In this document: positions 60,712 to 64,000 of the stretch, piece after piece
How positions within the stretch are numbered: position 1 is the stretch's first letter
Layout: the number at the start of each line of letters is the position of its first letter
Assembly (NCBI GenBank): GCA_016840035.1
Contig: JAEOTC010000121.1
Span: 33,962 to 97,961, forward strand
Length of the DNA: 64,000 bases
Origin: Candidatus Hodarchaeota archaeon
GTDB taxonomy: Archaea > Asgardarchaeota > Heimdallarchaeia > Hodarchaeales > Hodarchaeaceae
Reading direction: 5' to 3'
Notes under the pieces: generated by a model
What the model saw: the letters and a program-made list of their open reading frames with translations, nothing else
Told to the model about the DNA's origin: nothing
The model's database searches: none
Position numbers and translations under genes: made by a program

Positions 60712-62217
60712 ATGATGGGATCGAAGATTTCTATACTCCATGTGGATGATGAACCGAGTTTCCTAGATTTATCCCAGAAATTTATGCAATTAATTGGAGA
60801 TGAAGATCTACAAATATATTATTTGTCAGATCCGACGAGGGTTTTTGAAGAGCTGGAGCTCAAAGAGATTGATGTTATAGTAACGGATTATCAGATGCCG
60901 TTAATGGATGGCTTGGAATTATTAGGAAAATTAAGAGAGGCAAACAATGATATTCCGGTTATTTTTTTGACTGGAAAAGGCAGAGAAGAGGTAGCAATTA
61001 GAGCATTAAATTTAGGTGCCAACTATTATATGGAAAAGCGAGGGGATATGAAGACTCTATTTGGTGAACTTCGACATAATATTCATCAAGTAACAAAACA
61101 TAAGCGTATAGAAAGAGCTCTGAAAGAAAGTGAGGAACGATATCGGATCATTTTCGATGAATCACCCATTAGTTTATGGGAGGAAGATTTCTCTGAGGTT
61201 CGAAAGCATTTCGACCAATTGAGGAACAAAGGGATAGAAGATTTACGAGCATTTCTTGATTCAAATCCTGACGAAATTGAAAAAATCTCTAATTTAGTCA
61301 AAATAATAAATGTAAACAATGCCACTATAAAATTGTATAATGCTAAGAATAAAATAGAGTTTTTTGAAGGATTGGCGACTTTCTTTAATGCAGAAGCTCT
61401 GGTGCTATTTAAAGAAGAACTTATTGCACTCTTTAATGGAAAAACTATCTATCAAAGTGAATTTCCTGGGTATAAATTTTCAGGGGAGAAAATTGACGTC
61501 ATTGTTCGATTATCGGTTATTCCTGGGTACGAAAAGACCTTGGAAAGAATAATAGTATCCGTAATCGACATTACAAAATTAAAAATCGTTGAAACTACCT
61601 TAAGACGACAGAAAAAGGAACTCAGCGAATTTGCGCATTTTATTGCTCACGATATTAGTAATTGTTTGGTTACAATTGAGGGTTATGCTTCATTATTGGA
61701 TATGGAGTATGATGAAGCTTCAATAATTAATCGACAAGTTGAATATATGAAGACTTTATTGCAGCGATCACTGACCCTTGCCGACGCAGGGGTGGTTGTT
61801 GAGCTCAAAGAGATGGTTGATCTAAATGATCTTGTACAAAGTGTCGCTAAAACAGTAATTCCAGCTTCTATAGCGTTTACTAATGATATTCTACCAGAAG
61901 TTTTGGGAGATGTTGAAAAACTCTTTCAAGTGTTCAAGAACATGTTTGAGAATGCTGTCATTCATGGAAAACCTCAAAATATTGAAATAAAATTAATAGA
62001 GGATTATGACTTCCTTCATATGCTTGTAATAAATGATGGTGTCCCAATCCCAATCGGTATCCAAGAGAATATCTTTGATTATGGATTTACAACGGAAACT
62101 GGTAATATGGGTCTTGGATTATCCATTGTCAAGAAAATCATTGAGGCTCATGGATGGCACATTTCTATTCACTCCAGTCAAGAGTCAACATATTTTCAAA
62201 TTTCAATTCCAACTTAG
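60712..62217 (+). CDS. hybrid sensor: receiver (REC)-PAS-histidine kinase
   Basis: REC has acidic HVDDEP, phospho-acceptor VIVTDYQMP, and TGKG. PAS-like middle. H-box FAHFIAHDISN, with N and G boxes (NAVIHG, GLGLSIVKK). Confidence 0.85.
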   Translation: MMGSKISILHVDDEPSFLDLSQKFMQLIGDEDLQIYYLSDPTRVFEELELKEIDVIVTDYQMPLMDGLELLGKLREANNDIPVIFLTGKGREEVAIRALNLGANYYMEKRGDMKTLFGELRHNIHQVTKHKRIERALKESEERYRIIFDESPISLWEEDFSEVRKHFDQLRNKGIEDLRAFLDSNPDEIEKISNLVKIINVNNATIKLYNAKNKIEFFEGLATFFNAEALVLFKEELIALFNGKTIYQSEFPGYKFSGEKIDVIVRLSVIPGYEKTLERIIVSVIDITKLKIVETTLRRQKKELSEFAHFIAHDISNCLVTIEGYASLLDMEYDEASIINRQVEYMKTLLQRSLTLADAGVVVELKEMVDLNDLVQSVAKTVIPASIAFTNDILPEVLGDVEKLFQVFKNMFENAVIHGKPQNIEIKLIEDYDFLHMLVINDGVPIPIGIQENIFDYGFTTETGNMGLGLSIVKKIIEAHGWHISIHSSQESTYFQISIPT

Positions 62218-62254
62218 GAGACTAAGTGAGTCCCGAAATCAACAAAAAATTAGT

Positions 62255-62632
62255 TTATAATTCATCGCAGCTTCTACATTTACCGAAGAAGGTCGTTTCG
62301 GCACTATTAATTCTAAAACCTTTATAATCTTTAATTAATTTTAGTGAATAATTAACTAAATCATCAGATTCAAAATCAATAATTTTTGCACAAGTCTTAC
62401 ATATTATATGGTGATGTGGTTCGATTTTTGCTTCAAATCTTGAAACTCCCCTTACATTGACTTCTTTTAAGAACCCTTTATCTGCCAGTACCTTGAGGTT
62501 TTTATAAACTGTGGCCTTAGTTATCCGTGGAAGGGATACTTTCACATTTTCGTAAATTTCCTCAACATTTGGATGATCGAAATTATCTTTGAGGAACTCT
62601 AAAATAGCAGCTCGTTGATTGGTAAGTTTCAT
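62255..62632 (-). CDS. Fur-family regulator (PerR-like)
   Basis: Winged-helix N-terminus and metal sites HHHIICKTC ... CRSC. Divergent from the catalase gene. Confidence 0.85.
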   Translation of the reverse strand: MKLTNQRAAILEFLKDNFDHPNVEEIYENVKVSLPRITKATVYKNLKVLADKGFLKEVNVRGVSRFEAKIEPHHHIICKTCAKIIDFESDDLVNYSLKLIKDYKGFRINSAETTFFGKCRSCDEL

Positions 62633-62708
62633 GTTCAGGTTTCCATGTATGAACTTGGTACGAGACGAATTATTCTTTTTATAAATGATATTTCGTAAAT
62701 ATCTTACT

Positions 62709-62759
62709 TGATAATAATGAATATCATTTAACTCGCATTACTACATAATAATCATTATC
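62709..62759. promoter_or_regulatory. Fur/PerR-box-like AT-rich palindromes in the perR–catalase intergenic region
   Basis: AATGA-ATA-TCATT palindrome at 62716-62728. CTACATAATAATCATTATC (62741-62759) matches 14/19 of the Fur box GATAATGATAATCATTATC, including the entire right half. Confidence 0.35.
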
Positions 62760-62833
62760 TTTATAAAGAAAGCTATGTTTTTTACTCCTTAATTCCTAAA
62801 AAGAATGTTCGAATAAATATCCAGGTGAATAAG

Positions 62834-64000
62834 ATGAATGACAAAAAAGAAAAGGTTTTAACCACATCAGCAGGAAATCCGGTGGCTGATAACCAAAATT
62901 CACTCACTGCAGGTCCTAGGGGTCCTGTTCTCATACAAGATTATCAACTGATCGAAAAACTTGCTCATCAAAATAGGGAAAGAATTCCAGAGCGAGTTGT
63001 ACACGCCAAAGGTTGGGGTGCATTTGGGACATTAATTGTGACTCATGATATTACGAAATATACAAAAGCCAATATTTTTAGTGAAATAGGTAAAAAAACC
63101 GGTATGTTAGCTAGATTTTCTACTGTTGCAGGCGAAATGGGTGCTGCGGATGCAGAGAGAGATGTCCGTGGATTTGCTTTAAAATTCTACACCGATGAGG
63201 GTAATTGGGATATGGTTGGAAATAATACACCGGTGTTTTTCATACGAGATCCACTGAAATTTCCAGATTTTATTCATTCTCAGAAACGACATCCGAAAAC
63301 TAATCTTCGATCTAATACTGCCGCTTGGGATTTCTGGAGTCTTTCACCAGAAAGTCTTCACCAAGTAACCATATTAATGTCTGACCGAGGTATTCCAACA
63401 GCTCCTATGTACATGAATGGGTATGGATCCCATACTTATAGCTTCATCAATGCAAATAATAAGCGTTTTTGGGTGAAATTTCACTTTAAAACTCAACAAG
63501 GACATAAACATTATACCAACGAAGAAGCAGCTGAGGTTATAGGTAGGACAAGGGAATCCTATCAAGAAGAACTCTTTGGAACTATAGAACGGGGTGATTT
63601 CCCAAAATGGACTTTGTATGTTCAAATCATGCCAGAGGAAGATGCATTAAAGACAAGTTATAATCCATTTGATCTTACAAAAGTCTGGCCTCATAGTGAA
63701 TATCCTTTAATTGAAGTAGGCGTTATGGAACTCAACAGAAATCCAAATAATTACTTTACAGATATAGAACAAGCAGCATTCTCTCCCTCAAATATTGTAC
63801 CTGGAATTAGCTTTTCCCCTGATAAAATGTTACAGGCAAGGATCTTTTCTTACGCAGATGCACACAGGTATCGATTAGGTACACACTATGAGTCATTACC
63901 TGTAAATAGACCAAAAAGTGGAGTAGCTCATTACCATAAGGATGGCCATATGAGATTCTTTGATAATTTTGAGGATAATCCTGATGCATATTATGAACCA
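62834..64000 (+). CDS. monofunctional heme catalase, 5' partial (runs off the window)
   Basis: Own translation: ...[21 protein letters not shown]...[18 protein letters not shown]...[10 protein letters not shown]...[14 protein letters not shown]. Open frame to position 64000, so absent from the ORF track. Confidence 0.9.
   Translation, partial: MNDKKEKVLTTSAGNPVADNQNSLTAGPRGPVLIQDYQLIEKLAHQNRERIPERVVHAKGWGAFGTLIVTHDITKYTKANIFSEIGKKTGMLARFSTVAGEMGAADAERDVRGFALKFYTDEGNWDMVGNNTPVFFIRDPLKFPDFIHSQKRHPKTNLRSNTAAWDFWSLSPESLHQVTILMSDRGIPTAPMYMNGYGSHTYSFINANNKRFWVKFHFKTQQGHKHYTNEEAAEVIGRTRESYQEELFGTIERGDFPKWTLYVQIMPEEDALKTSYNPFDLTKVWPHSEYPLIEVGVMELNRNPNNYFTDIEQAAFSPSNIVPGISFSPDKMLQARIFSYADAHRYRLGTHYESLPVNRPKSGVAHYHKDGHMRFFDNFEDNPDAYYEP

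Noticed and set aside
1-64000. CRISPR arrays, IS elements, rRNA genes
   Set aside because: No regularly spaced direct repeats, no transposase or integrase-like ORFs, and no rRNA-like conserved segments seen on either strand.
1-64000. Eukaryotic origin of the contig (because of Rab-like GTPase, histone tail and tRNA intron)
   Set aside because: Genes are intron-free and packed with 4–20 nt gaps and overlapping stop and start codons. Shine-Dalgarno-like GGAGG elements precede several starts. The histone is of the single-fold HMf type, and a CCA is encoded in the tRNA genes.

Overview
This is an AT-rich, gene-dense prokaryotic window with about 60 genes. Coding density is about 90 %, and adjacent genes have 4–20 nt gaps or small overlaps. 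There is no CRISPR array and no transposase or integrase.

The gene content points to an archaeon of the Asgard type (inference). Eukaryote-like genes include:
- a histone-fold protein with a lysine-rich N-terminal tail;
- a Rab/Ras-like small GTPase;
- a divergent GTPase with a C-terminal extension, encoded in a tight operon with two large uncharacterised soluble proteins;
- a tRNA gene carrying about 31 nt of non-canonical intron sequence.

Bacterial-type genes sit alongside these:
- a bona fide bacterial-type glutaminyl-tRNA synthetase, with two tRNA-Gln genes (CUG and UUG) lying convergently just downstream;
- a PlsC-like lysophospholipid acyltransferase;
- a complete heme-copper oxygen reductase operon (subunit III-like, subunit II with a CuA site, subunit I, a small subunit-IV-like protein, and an SCO1/SenC copper chaperone);
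- a divergent PerR/Fur regulator and monofunctional catalase pair, with Fur-box-like palindromes in the shared promoter region;
- an SurE nucleotidase;
- a PckA(ATP)-like protein.

Other content:
- a 1541-aa MMPL/RND-type membrane protein with a very large N-glycosylation-sequon-rich ectodomain and a C-terminal coiled-coil tail, next to an HTH regulator;
- two ABC-2 ATPase plus oversized-permease pairs;
- a heterodimeric ABC exporter followed by an EamA transporter;
- a four-gene operon encoding a rhodanese–metallo-β-lactamase fusion, a membrane protein, a second metallo-β-lactamase-fold protein and an APH-like kinase;
- PAS histidine kinases;
- several zinc-ribbon membrane proteins;
- two divergently transcribed surface proteins with C-terminal transmembrane and basic anchors.

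Many genes appear to start with TTG or GTG.

The most promising candidates for undescribed biology are the GTPase three-gene operon (39837–44600) and the GlnRS plus tRNA-Gln (one intron-bearing) module (31335–33860).
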